From Octopus sinensis (Eukaryota), in NCBI RefSeq assembly GCF_006345805.1, contig NC_043026.1:14983579-15047578 (forward strand): a stretch of 64,000 nucleotides of DNA, read 5' to 3'. This document shows, piece by piece, positions 24,596-37,099 of this stretch; the stretch's first letter is position 1; the number at the start of each line of letters is the position of its first letter. The notes beneath the pieces were generated by a model that was given only the letters and a program-made list of their open reading frames with translations, ran no database searches and was not told the DNA's origin. Both the position numbers and the translations under genes were made by a program.

Positions 24596-25225
24596 ACATT
24601 CTACATTGTTAGCAGTGTTTTTCACATTATTCTATTGATATTCCATAGAAATTATAGTTGGTTCTGATTTTTTGCTAAAACGTTTCCTATGAGATGTCAG
24701 ATGAAACAAACAATGAGAACAAACAACAGATGTTTTTCTCTTTGATCTCATTGTTTCCGTCTGATATGAAATGTTGTAGCAGGAAATCAGTCCTTATTAT
24801 AATTTCTACCGATAATATCTGTAGAAATAACCTCAACGAAATTTATATTCCTTCTTACTCCAAAACTTTTCACCATCACTTATATTCAGTCAATAAAGAT
24901 AATGGTGTATTTATATCTCAAAGTTTTATTTCTAATGATTATTCCATTGAAAACAGTTTAAATGTTTAACTTCACTGTCAATTAAACAATTTACTAAATA
25001 TATTTAATGAAATGTGTGTTTTCCTTGAAATTGTTTGAATGAATCAAGTAAATAATACTATTTTATAAAAGCTTTTCACAAAACTTATAAAGTTTTCATT
25101 TTTTTTCAGCTTTCATGTAAAAATTAGTGAATTTTGAAGAGATAAATTGTATTCCAAAGGAAGAAAACAAAATCCACAGAAAAGAATATATTTACAGAAA
25201 AAGATAATAATTCTATATTCATAAA

Positions 25226-28200
25226 ATGGAGAAGATTAATGAAGAAAACAAAATGTTGGCTCTCATTCCTGCCACAGTCTGTGAAACAAGACCAATTTAT
25301 AAGGAAACTACACCAAATCTTCCCCAAATATTACATACACAAAACACAAAGAAAACAGAAGAACAGGAAAGAAAAGACACAAAGAAATCTGAGGAACAGG
25401 AAAAGTCCATGTTACCAAGTTTTCTTCATATTGTGACATGTTACCGAACACTAATCAAAACAGACCACATCAATACGTTTATAGATTATGTAAAGGATAA
25501 ATGTAATCAAATGGACTCTCTGGGTTTAAATGGATCTCGTGTTTTACATAATGTCAAACGTAAAATGCCAAGATTTCTGGAATTTGCAAAACAAAATAAT
25601 GATTTTGTTCACCAAAACCTTGATTGGTTTCAACAAAGACTCTGTGACATTTATGTCACCTGTAACCCATACAACCACAAGACCATTGAACCACCAAAAG
25701 TAACCACAAAATTTCGGCCTCTTCGGCCAGCTGTGACCACAGAAACAAGGATTGAGGAATCTGGTGAAGACTTAAGCAACCCAATATCCAATATTGTTGT
25801 CATACAAGGGGGTATTGTAACATATTCCCGCCACTGTATGACAATATGTTGTGTAACAAGAGACGGCAACAGAAATGAAGTTCATTGCTCATCTTCTGTT
25901 ACTGACTTTACTAGAATCAGTCAAGACACAGTCCTGGCCACCCTACCCTTCAAAAAAATGATTCTTATTATCAACCCTTTAAGTTTGGAAATCAAAAGAA
26001 TTCAACTAGGATTAATCTTGGTTTCTTATTTGGAACATTCTACGCTTATAGGTGTAGAAATGTGTTGGTCGGACCATATACGTCATTGACTGGGAAGAGA
26101 ATAGAATAAAATACAAATTCATAACCAAAGAAACACCAACAGATATTGCTGTAGGAGCACAAAATAAACTCTTAGTATCCTTTTCCAGTATTAACAGGGT
26201 TACCTGTTACAATGTGGATGGCCAGCAGTTATTTGAGGTGGATACCAATTCCCTGGACATTCCAAGCCACATCACTGTGTACCAAAACCATTTTTATGTC
26301 CTCCAGGGACATATTATTTATCGGATATCAGGTACAGGTGCTGTGACAACAAGAGAAATTGGCATGAAATGCCGCCATATTTCTGTTGGCAAAGAAAACA
26401 TTTTTGTAACCGATTATTTTGATGCCCTTCATATCATTGGAACAAATGAAGACTTTTGGCCCAGGCAGTCATATAACCCTCAGCTATGGAGCCCAACATT
26501 GAACAACTGTATTTATATTGAGGATTGCTACAATATGACTAATATTCTACCTATGTCTACATCTTCTATATTAATATTCTACAGGAATAATAAAGCTATA
26601 TTATTCACTGAGACTGGAGAAATAATTAACCAAAATAATTCAACTTTCCTTGAGATTCCTTCTTGCTTTTGTAGAATGAATTCTAAAGGATTTCTGGTGT
26701 TTTACCGTGAAAACAAAGAATTTCAGTGTATCACATGCCCTGAGCTAATGAAAGGCCCTTTAATGAAAGTCCATACTGATTACATTAAACTATGTCATGT
26801 TGTATCAAATAAGTGTTTAGCTCTAACCACAAATGGAAACAAACACGAGGTCCATATCCTCTTGATCAACGAAGATAAAGTTGACATTGCAGAAAGAATT
26901 TCTCTGGGACATCATAATGTCAGCATTGCTGCAACTCCAATTAATTTTGTAGTCGTAGATGGAAGCGAAAATAAAATGGTATTTTATTCCACATGTGGTG
27001 AAGAACTTTTTCAAAAATACCTTCCATTCTATGGCTACCCTCATCACATCTACTCTGATAATGTTTATTTCTATGTCCTCTTCAAGAGACACTCTGTTCT
27101 CAGATGTTACGATCTATATGGAGAAATGAAATGGCAGTGGGATCTGCCCTTCCCTGTTCACCCTCACATTGCTGTTTTCCAAGGAACTCTTTATGTCCCG
27201 GACACTCAACTCAACAGGGTTCATCTTTATAAGTACCAAGACCGGTCGTCTGGCTGTTGTTTACACACAAAAAATCCTTACATCAGAAATCTAAATCTAC
27301 GACTCAAAGAAAAGGAGAATGACCAAAAACTTGTCATTGGCGAAATATGTTATCTGTCCAATGGACAGTTGGTGGTGTCTGACATCAACCATGATTGCTT
27401 GTTATACATTTCTGAGGAAGGAGACATTGTGTCCAGATTATCTCTGCCGTCTACAGCCACAGATATATGTCGATGGGATTCTAATCATATAGGTGTCACA
27501 TTACCCCTACAGAAACAATTATGGGTCATCGGAAACCTATCAAAGACAGTGAGAAGTGTATCATTAAGGCAGCCTTATGTACGGGTGTGTAAGATGGGTG
27601 AAGGTGAAATTGTTTGTTATTGTGATAAACCATCACATTTAAACATTTTAGCCATCATTTATTATAATCAAGTTGAAGTAATTAAGACAATTAATATCCC
27701 TGTTTTTGTGAAATCATTATCAATAGACAAGAAAACAGAAAAGCTATTAATTGTTACTAAGGAAAAAGTTTTTCAGTACAACACTAGAATAGGTGGTGGT
27801 GGTCATGGCGGTCGTCAAATGGTCCCCAGTGTTTTAATGTCCCAAGTGAAACGTCCTCTCAATCTCCAAGGTGGATCTATTGACCAAACGTTTGTTTATC
27901 TGATAGACAGAAGCCGTATGTTTGCCATAAACGATCATAATTTGTTGGTTAATGATCTCGTTACAAATAATCAACTTAATTATTATATCGACCTGGTGGA
28001 TGTATTTTCCAGAAACATTTCTGTCAGTGAAATGTTGTCTTCCACTTTACATCTACAGGACCTGACAGTTTCTGATAAAGCCAGACATATTCCTCTCCCT
28101 CAACATTTGGGAGACAAAGGACCAGCAGAGATTAGATCTTTGGGTCTTACAGAAAATAATCTGATTGCAGGATGTGACATGGAGAATGGAAACATTAAGA

Positions 28201-30641
28201 TATTCACATTGGATGGTCACGCTTTGGATTCAATCAAAGTGAATGTTCATAGATATATTAAAATGTGTCGATGGCAGTCAAACACACTGGTCATTATGAC
28301 TGGGGATCGTAATGATGATAATAAACACCAACTGTTGACATTAAAAGTGGAATTTCCATTGTCGTTGGTAATTTACCAAACGAGAAATAATTATGAATGT
28401 GTGGCTTCTTTATCAAACAATCAACTGATTTTTAGTGATTGGAGAGATGGAGATCATTTGTATTTTGTTGATATTGATGAAATACATTCCAGTGTGGAGG
28501 AAATAAAAAAAATAGACATACCTGAACCATTAAGAATGAGAAAAGAAGATGGAAATTATTTTGATAGAATCCATGATATTAAAGTTACTTCTGAAAATGT
28601 CATCATTGTCTTCAACTGGAGATTCATCATTTTCTTCAAAAGTAATGGTCAATATCTACATTCAGTCAGACACTACATGCTGTATGATTATTTTTTTAGG
28701 GGTGTTGATGACAGGATGACAATTGATGACAGTTTTTTGTACATTTATGGTCAGTGGGATAAATATTTTGGTTTCTCTGGATATCGAAACATTTTGTGTT
28801 TGACCCAGAATGGGGAATACAAGAGAATATTTTTAAATAAAAGAATTTATAAAAATGAAGTATATTTCTCCAGTATAGACTGTAAAGGACCAAGGTTTGT
28901 CGGAAGTCTCACGAGGGGAAGGAGAGAGAATGAATTGTATGTTGAAGGGTTGTTTATGGTGAATCGAGACAGCTTCACGGTTGCTCGTTTACAAACAGAC
29001 GAATGTCCTGTTCAAGTAAAAGATTTTGATGTTTCTGAGGAAGGAAAGACAGTTGTGTGTGAAAAAGTCAATAATGGAAATGTTAAAATATTCGATGAAG
29101 ACGGCCAGTTGCTATGTCACAGAAATGTTGCAAGTTTAGTTGGTGGTGTGTGTTTTGCACAAGAATCACACATAATGGCCACGGTTCCTAAAAGGAAAGA
29201 AATATTTCAACTGAATGGAGAAGATTTGCAGACATCTCAAGTTTGGTCGAGTCTCATCCCTTATGGTGTAATATGGAGAAAAGTGGGGGGTATTTACTGG
29301 TGTGTACATATTGAATTGATTGAATGTCATTGCATAAAGATTGATGGGGACCAAGTGAACATTCTGGAATCTGTGTCGTCATTAAATCTTGATTCTGGTC
29401 TTCATTTCCCTTCCATTACATCTGAAACGAACAAGGAAATATTCAGTAAGGAATTAATTAATAAATTGGAATACAGAGGAGGAGATGGAGATGGAGGAGG
29501 AAGAAGAAGAGGTAAATCAGGTGAAATAATTGGTGAAGGTAGATTAAAGGTGAGATGTGGTAATTACATAGCAGAGATTAATAATTCAGGAATTGATGAA
29601 ATATCAGTGAGGAGACTTCCATATAGGACAGCAATGGTCCCTCTTTCCATTCCTGCATTCAAGGAACCTGTTGATTATGATTTTAGGGACATTAGGGACC
29701 GGAACAGTAAACTAATTAAGTTAGATGAAAATGTGAGTGTGTTGATGTTTCGAGAAAGTGTCACATTAATCAGAACAACAACAACAACAGTGGACATACT
29801 TCAACATGAACAACAACAACGACCACCCCTGGACATATGTCGGTGGACAGAGGAATGTTTCATTGTCGCCTTTGGGAGAGAAATGACGGTCTTCAACAGG
29901 GATCTCCGTCGTTTAAAAACCATCAGAACTGAGAAATACTACAACAGGATTTATAAATACAATGACAATCAACTCGTGTGTGGTGGTCATTATTTTAGAG
30001 ACATAACTCAAGAAGAGAGACACAAGAAATACCAAAGAATATGGAGAAACAACAAGTTTTACTATTATTGCGATGACCCCGACACCTTTGACTCTTATTA
30101 TGTGGATGTGGTTGATATCAACGATGGGAAATGTAAAGATGAAGTGTGTGGTGGGAAGATGGGGAGATTGGGAAGGTTTGAGGGAGATGAAAGGGTGGAT
30201 GGTGTGGGAGTCACATCTTTTGGTGATGTTGTTGTTTTGAGGAGGGAGATGGAGGAGGAGGAGAATTTTGGATATTGTGAAGCTTTGTGTCTTGTGGAAT
30301 GGTTCAGGGAAAAGTCTTTGGTGAGGAGGATAGGAATAGAAGGAGGGATGTTTTATGGTCGGGGATATGTAATAAGACCTCGTCTGACCATAATTGGTGA
30401 ATGTGTTTATATAACAGATTTAAGAAACAATATTTACGAAATACCTCGACATATTGAAGAGGAAACATCTGAAGATGATGAAATCCTGATATCTGAAGAT
30501 AATCCAAAATATTTACTCCTCAGATGGGATGATAATGAAGTGTTTGAAGTTCTTGGTTTGGATGTTTCAGACAATTCTTTGATGGTTTTTGGAATTATTC
30601 CTGGACGTCAATCTTTTGCTTTCTTTTATTTTGACAAATAA
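25226..30641 (+). CDS. Large multi-beta-propeller protein, copy 1 (~1804 aa if one base near 26064 is removed): short N-terminal region plus about six tandem NHL/TolB-like propeller modules
   Basis: ORFs 25226-26089 (287 aa) and 26214-30641 (1475 aa). The second frame is open from 26058. Copy 2 reads GAA ATG TTT GGT CGG in frame where copy 1 has one extra base. Blade-like repeats include TPTDIAVGAQNKLLVS, IGEICYLSNGQLVVSD, ATDICRWDSNHIGVTLP, VKDFDVSEEGKTVVCE and PLDICRWTEECFIVAF. No obvious signal peptide or TM helix. A candidate acceptor TTTTTTCAG at 25109 means an upstream exon is possible. Fold assignment is by motif resemblance only. Confidence 0.8.
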
Positions 30642-31002
30642 ATATTTTCAGAAAAATTAAACTCTGATCTTATTATTATTATTGTAAATAGGTTCACCCT
30701 GGAATCGAACCTGCATCGCATACATTGCATTCTACACACCAACAATCAGTGTTATAACATTCCTCAACACACTCTCTTTGTGTGTATGTATATTTATATA
30801 CGGTATATATACATATGTTTATATATACATACACACATATTTAGGAATGTATGTATAGAAATAAGTCTATAAACAAAATTATGAGCCCACTTTTGAATAT
30901 ATACACATAACGAGGTGCTCCAGCATGGCCGCATTCAGATCACTGAAAACAAGTAAAAAAGAATGTGTAACAGTTTTACTAAAATGTGTATATACACGCA
31001 TC

Positions 31003-31029
<27 letters not shown>

Positions 31030-31033
<4 letters not shown>

Positions 31034-31383
31034 GAAATATTGAATTCTAAATCTCTCGTATATGTATATAAGGACACAGGGAAAAAATGTGTCAAAGCTA
31101 TCAGGAGGCGTTCGATGCCTCCTAGGGCTATACAGCGGTGGTGTACACCCTACTGTCACGTTCTTGTTAGATTGACAGTATACAACCATTCTCTATATAT
31201 ATATATATATATATATAAGAAATATTGAATTTCTAAATCTCTCGTATATGTATATAAGGACACAGGGAAAAAATGTGTCAAAGCTATCAGGAGGCGTTCG
31301 ATGCCTCCTAGGGCTATACAGCGGTGGTGTACACCCTACTGTCACGTTCTTGTTAGATTGACAGTATACAACCATTCTCTATA

Positions 31384-31385
<2 letters not shown>
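31030..31385. repeat. ~185-bp tandem duplication right after the end of duplication copy 1
   Basis: AAGAAATATTGAATT(T)CTAAATCTCTCG...GACAGTATACAACCATTCTC occurs twice, separated by (TA)n. Confidence 0.9.
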
Positions 31386-31415
<30 letters not shown>

Positions 31416-32369
31416 AATATTAGGGAGTAAATCCAAACTTACAGGGAAAAATTAGATTAGGATTAAATGTAATTTTACAGTATAAATATATATATTAAAT
31501 TAGAGATGGAACCACTATTAGGCAAATCAAACAGTGAAAAACATAAACCAAAACATAGAAATAAAATTAATTAATATAATATACAAAATATATAAAAAAT
31601 ATAAAATTCAAAATTTAAATTATTTAAGTTTTAAGTTAAAATTTTAAAAAATAAAAAAATATTTTTTAATTATTAATTTATACCTATAAATTTTATATAT
31701 ATATAAATATATATTTTATTATTTTTATTTTTATTATTATTTTAATTTAGTTTTATTTTTAATTTCTTAAATTAAAAAAAAATTTTTTTTTAATTTTAAA
31801 TATATATAACTATCAAAAATTATTAAAAAGTTTAATATAAGATAAAAAGTAAAACCACTACGATCGTTTCATGCCCATAACCTAATTCAAATAACAATAA
31901 TTTAAATTCAATTAATAATCCGAATTACGGTTAATGATAATATTCAAATAAATAATGATAATATTTAAATAAAGAATCAAATATATTTAAACAATATTTT
32001 TTTAAGAAATAAAGAAAATAATAATTTTTCTTATAAAAAACTCTATTATCAAACTAGAAACTTTAACGATTATAATGATAAATATTAATTTTTAAGGTAA
32101 GAAACCCACAAATAATCTAATCTCAGTTATAGTCAATATCTAATTACCTAAATATTTTACAAAAAAAAAAAGAAAAACCATTCATATTATTAAATATAAT
32201 TTCAAGTCAAATAATTATATAATATTTGAATATTAATTAAATTATCAATGAATATATATAGATGTATATAAATATAAGAATTAAGATCTAAAATTATCTC
32301 TATCAATAAATATATATGCACATATAATAAAGACCTAATAAATTAATTATTCATTATTACTTATAAATA

Positions 32370-32781
32370 TATGGACGGTACTGAGTTGTCAAATATTTAA
32401 ACCAAATTTTCTCAAAACAACTTGTCCGACCGTCCCTTTGGCCTCGCCTTTGAGAAACACTGATTTAACCTAAACTTGAGACACTAGCAAAAGAAGAAAG
32501 AAAGATAGACTTACTTTCTATTCCAAGGAAAAACAAATATGCAACCGAAGAGTTTAAAGTACCAGTAATGATAAGGCTGTAGACTGGGAGAACACAAACA
32601 TGGTAAATCCTTTATTAGCAAGAAAATAGTATTTTCTTCCTTGAATAAAAAGCAATCCATGTTTTCTTTTCAGTAAAAAATAATTAAGTATCTTCATATC
32701 AAATTTGAGCACAATCGGATCGAAGATGCCCGAGATCCCAGAAGACACACAGACAGACAGAACGGATTTTATATTAGAGAT
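32370..32781 (+). mobile_element. HINE/DINE-1-like element (5' boundary uncertain)
   Basis: 3' end ...CCCAGAAGACACACAGACAGACAGAACGGATTTTATATTAGAGAT. Confidence 0.4.
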
Positions 32782-33005
32782 GTATGTTCATATATATATA
32801 TAATATATATATATACCCATCATTCTAACCATACAACATACATTTACAGATATATATATATATATATGTTTATAAATCAGAGCCTTACCGTACATAAATG
32901 CCTCACACTTCGAGGGACTATTAAAGTCAAACTGCCATAATTAACACATTATATATGTATCATCATCATCATCATCGTTATTTAATATATATATATATAC
33001 ATATA

Positions 33006-33110
<105 letters not shown>

Positions 33111-33292
33111 GTATGTTTGTCTGCTCCACAAATGTATAGGCAGAGGTGTTCCTGTGTGGTAAGAAGTTTCCTTTCCAACAACAGGGTTCCAAGTTCGGTC
33201 CTACTGCATGGTACCTAGGGCAATTCACTTCTATTTCGACCTTGGGCCTTGTAATTGGACCTCTTCAGATGGAAACTGAAATGAGCCCATCA

Positions 33293-33326
<34 letters not shown>

Positions 33327-33357
33327 TAGATAGATAGATACATAGATACATAGATAG

Positions 33358-33388
<31 letters not shown>

Positions 33389-33714
33389 TTTGTGCATGTA
33401 GGTGTGTGTGTGTGTCTGTCTACCCCACCACCACCACCACAACCACCACCACCATAACTTGAAAACCGATGGTGGTGTGTTTACATCCTTGTAATTTCAT
33501 TCGGTAAAAAAGACTGCCAGAATATGTAATAAGCTTTCAAAGAGTAAGCCCTGGGTTCAATTTGTTCGGCTAAAGCCCTTTAAGGTATTGCTCCAGCATG
33601 ACCACAGTCCCATTGCTGAAACAAGTAAAAGAATAAAAGAGTGTTTGTATATCTATATAGATGGAGGGTTAGATAAATAGATAGAAAGAAAGATAGGAAG
33701 ATAGATAGATAGAC

Positions 33715-33801
<87 letters not shown>

Positions 33802-34337
33802 GAATATGATGATACTGTGGTGCCCCTGCATGGCCGTGACCTTTACACTAGAGGTCAATATTACATATATATATATATATGTTCTTTTACTTGTTTTAGT
33901 CACTTGACAGTGGCCATGTTGGAGCACCACCTTCAGTCAGACATATCAACCACGGGACTGATTCAATGTAAGCCTCGTACTCATTCTGTCAGTCACTGTT
34001 GCCGAACCACAAAGTTACAGGGATGTAAACACACCAACATCGGTTGTCAAGCAATGGTGTCGGGACAACCACAAACACACGAATATATATACGTATCTAT
34101 ACAAGCTTCTCTCAGTTTCCGTCTACCATATCCACTCACGGGGATCTGCTTGGACTAAGGCTACAGTATAAGACACTTGTCCAAAGCGCCTCTCAGTGGG
34201 ACAGAACCTGGGACCATGTAGTTGGGACACAGGCTTCTTATCAGACAGCTACACTTGTGCCTATATGTATATATAAGCAAACATCAGTCTATATAGATAT
34301 ATATACATATATACATATATCTATCTATCTGTGTGTA

Positions 34338-34375
34338 CTGTCCGACGAACGGGTACGTGAAACTCAGAGTAACAG
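34338..34375 (+). ncRNA. Hammerhead ribozyme with U4C core variant
   Basis: CUGU-CCGACGA-ACG(GGUA)CGU-GAAAC-UCAGA-GUA|ACAG. All three stems intact; one core substitution. Confidence 0.65.
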
Positions 34376-34441
34376 GTTTTGTTGAATTTTCTGCTGCTTT
34401 AAATAAAGTATATATATATATATATATCAATCTGTCTATCC

Positions 34442-34497
<56 letters not shown>

Positions 34498-34617
34498 TAT
34501 ATATATAATATATATATATATATAAAATATTATTAGAGACAAAACCACTATTTTGCAAAACAAACAAGGAAAGACTTAATCAATACATAAAATTTTAATA
34601 AATAGTCAAAAAAACCG

Positions 34618-34660
34618 CCACTACAATCGTTTCTTGTCTTGATCGACAATCTTCAGGTGG
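34618..34660 (-). ncRNA. Minimal type I hammerhead ribozyme, canonical core
   Basis: Minus strand: CCAC-CUGAAGA-UUGUC(GAUCAA)GACAA-GAAAC-GAUU-GUA|GUGG. Confidence 0.8.
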
Positions 34661-35811
34661 ACTTCCAATCTAAAAAATCAATATTTTAAAATATAAAAAT
34701 AATAATTTTAAAATAATTAAAGTATGAATGAAAAAATATAAGTATATAATCCATATATAACCTATATATAATCCATATATAATCAATATATAAACAATAT
34801 ATAAACTATATATATATTTATATATATTTATATACACTTATATATATATATCTGTCTATGTATATATATGTGTATAGCTTTATAGAAAAACAAAAGACAA
34901 AACCGGGCGTATGATCAACAAGCAAGTGTATTTGTTTGACACTCGGAAAACTAGTAAAATTGCTTCATGTTTCGAGCCTATGCTCTTCAACAGAAAGGAA
35001 TAAGACAAAATACATCAAGAAAGAACGAAAACAATGTTTAGAGTTCAGATCTCCATCATCAGATATGTATGTAAGTATGTATGTATGTGTGTATGTGTGT
35101 GTTTGTATGTGTGTATGTATGTATTTGATGTTGCTTATAATAAATTTTATTAAAGGGTACATCTCCATTCTCTTGTCTTCATTTGAATGATTATAAACCA
35201 TGGTTTATATGCAAACCTATCATTTTCCCTAAACATATTAGGTATTTAACCAGTAACTCCTTGTATGGTGCCATCCCTTAACTAAGGCTAATTTCACCTC
35301 TAATTGAACTTATGAATATATGAAAACATCCAAGATTGTATTCTGATAGGAAAAAGGAAAACACCCAAAGGTGCTGCTTCACCTTTTTAATCAGTGAACG
35401 GAAATAAAAATAGAATAAATAAATATATTTTTAATAAATTCAAAATAACACAATGATTGTGATGGTGATGATGATGATGATGAAGATGATAATGCTGTTG
35501 TTGTTGTTGTTGTTGGTGGTGGTGTAAGTATTTGCATTCAGACTGAAGAAAGTGAAATTTATACTGAACAATGCATATTCATTAGAAAAACCACAGTTTC
35601 TAAGGGTTTTAAAAGCAAAACCCTTGAGATGACCCTGAATCTGTAAATGAATGTGTTATCAGTTTGCAAAGAGGTTTCAATTATATTTATTTTTGTCTAA
35701 AGGCAGCTTAGCCATTGTGACACAAAAGCAGATTGTTAGATGTTGAGAGGGAGGGAGGGGAAACGAAATCAAAAGAACAACAAGGATCAAATGATTTCAG
35801 AGTGATTATTT

Positions 35812-35848
<37 letters not shown>

Positions 35849-35968
35849 AAGGAAAGAATGAGGTTGTGTACAGGAAAACAAAAACAATACACAAATCAAA
35901 TGTGTGTAATAAACATTGAGGATTGTCGAATTTGAAGACCAACAATACACAACAATCTAGGCTGATTG

Positions 35969-36006
<38 letters not shown>

Positions 36007-36022
36007 ATGTATGTATTAATGT

Positions 36023-36322
36023 GATCACGTGACCGACCAGACCATCAGATGTTGTTACACATCGCTGGTCACAATGCATTCGCATTGTTGCAGCCTTCGA
36101 ATGACGCCACCCCGCTGGCTAAGCGAGCAGGCCAATAGAAGAGAGAGTGAGAGAAACAGTGGTGAAAGAGTACAGCAGGGATCACCACCATCCCTGCCGG
36201 GGCCTCGTGGAGCTTTAAGGTGTTTTTGCTCAGTAAACACTCACAACGCCCGGTATGGGAATCGAAACCGCGATCCTACGACCGCGAGTCCGCTGCCCTA
36301 ACCACTGGGCCATTGCGCCTCC
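36023..36322 (-). mobile_element. Full-length tRNA-derived SINE with target-site duplication
   Basis: Minus-strand head GGAGGCGCAATGGCCCAGTGGTTAGG (A box) ... GGTTTCGATTCC (B box); 12-bp direct repeat ATGTATTAATGT at 36011-36022 and 36323-36334. Confidence 0.85.
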
Positions 36323-36396
36323 ATGTATTAATGTATGCGTACTTATATACTTGGATAAGTTTCAGCTGGAACTACCCGAGTCCATGGTTAACTTAA

Positions 36397-36617
36397 CCCT
36401 TTCGTTACCATATTTCTGTTGAGATGCTCTGCGTTTCTTTCAATTATTTTAGACGTAACAAAGAATTTAGTAAAATAACTTAATTATCATTAAGCTAGTG
36501 TTAGGAACATGAATTGTGACTAAGGTTTGTTGGAAGATTTTTATTCAAAATTTATGAAAGCAAGACATTTGTACTACAGAGCCAGAGCCGGTTTCAGCCG
36601 GGTTGGTAACGAAAGGG
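36397..36617. mobile_element. piggyBac-type MITE (221 bp), different family
   Basis: 13-bp TIR CCCTTTCGTTACC / GGTAACGAAAGGG flanked by TTAA on both sides. Confidence 0.88.
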
Positions 36618-37099
36618 TTAATAAAAACCACTTGGAAACGACATTTAATGATATTTCACTCTACAGTAATTCTGTGGGCACCAGAACCCATTCGAGGAAA
36701 GAGTTATTGTTTACACTGTTATATCCGGGTGTATAGGGTTTCACTGAAATTTGTTGCAGATATTCACCCAGGAGCCATTTCAATACAATAATTGGGGGGG
36801 GGGGGGGTTCTATTCTCCTATGTGTCATGGCTTATTAGGGGCTCGTTGGGGGTGAGAAAGTTCTGCCTTGGTGTTGTGATGCAATGTGAGCATGATTTTT
36901 GCAGAGGACGGATGGCATGGGGACCAAACTGATGCTGTTGGTGGTGACCCAGCAGGGTCACAAAGTTTATACTGCAAACCTTAAAACATTAAATGATAAG
37001 CATTCTGATAGAAAAGACACACATCTTTCCTGCTTCCCTTTTTTATTCCGTGGACAAGAAAAGGAAATAAAAAAAAGTCCAATTAGTTGAAAGAATATT

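Larger units (their letters stand above)
21800..31010 (+). repeat. Segmental duplication, copy 1
   Basis: Aligns to 40510-55940. Diverged (roughly 75-80% by eye) up to ~22645 and about 95% or more thereafter. Ends in the shared 3' flank CCCACTTTTGAATATATACACATAACGAGGTGCTCC. Confidence 0.9.

Noticed and set aside
24694-24969. 91-aa ORF as an upstream exon of the propeller gene
   Set aside because: Not preserved in copy 2 (indels and a deletion), no recognisable domain, and no clear donor site.
25226-30641. Endogenous viral or bacterial origin of the uninterrupted large ORF
   Set aside because: No viral or bacterial hallmark genes or TIRs flank it, base composition fits the host, and blade motifs resemble metazoan NHL-like propellers. 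Not excluded without a database search.
31560-32370. Extremely AT-rich tract resembling a mitochondrial control region (NUMT)
   Set aside because: No mitochondrial tRNA, rRNA or CDS is recognisable. Its ends match the hammerhead-bearing repeat family also seen at 9740-10050 and 6640-6790.
34955-34998. Hammerhead candidate UUGAAGAGCAUAGGCUCGAAAC on minus (similar at ~63400-63427)
   Set aside because: The GA of the core is used by the GAGC/GCUC stem, C3 is altered, and no NUH or stem I pairing follows; it does not meet the topology.
36250-36322. tRNA gene (also 37370-37433 and the heads of the dominant SINE)
   Set aside because: A and B boxes are present but followed by SINE bodies, in one case with a TSD; no complete cloverleaf is evident.
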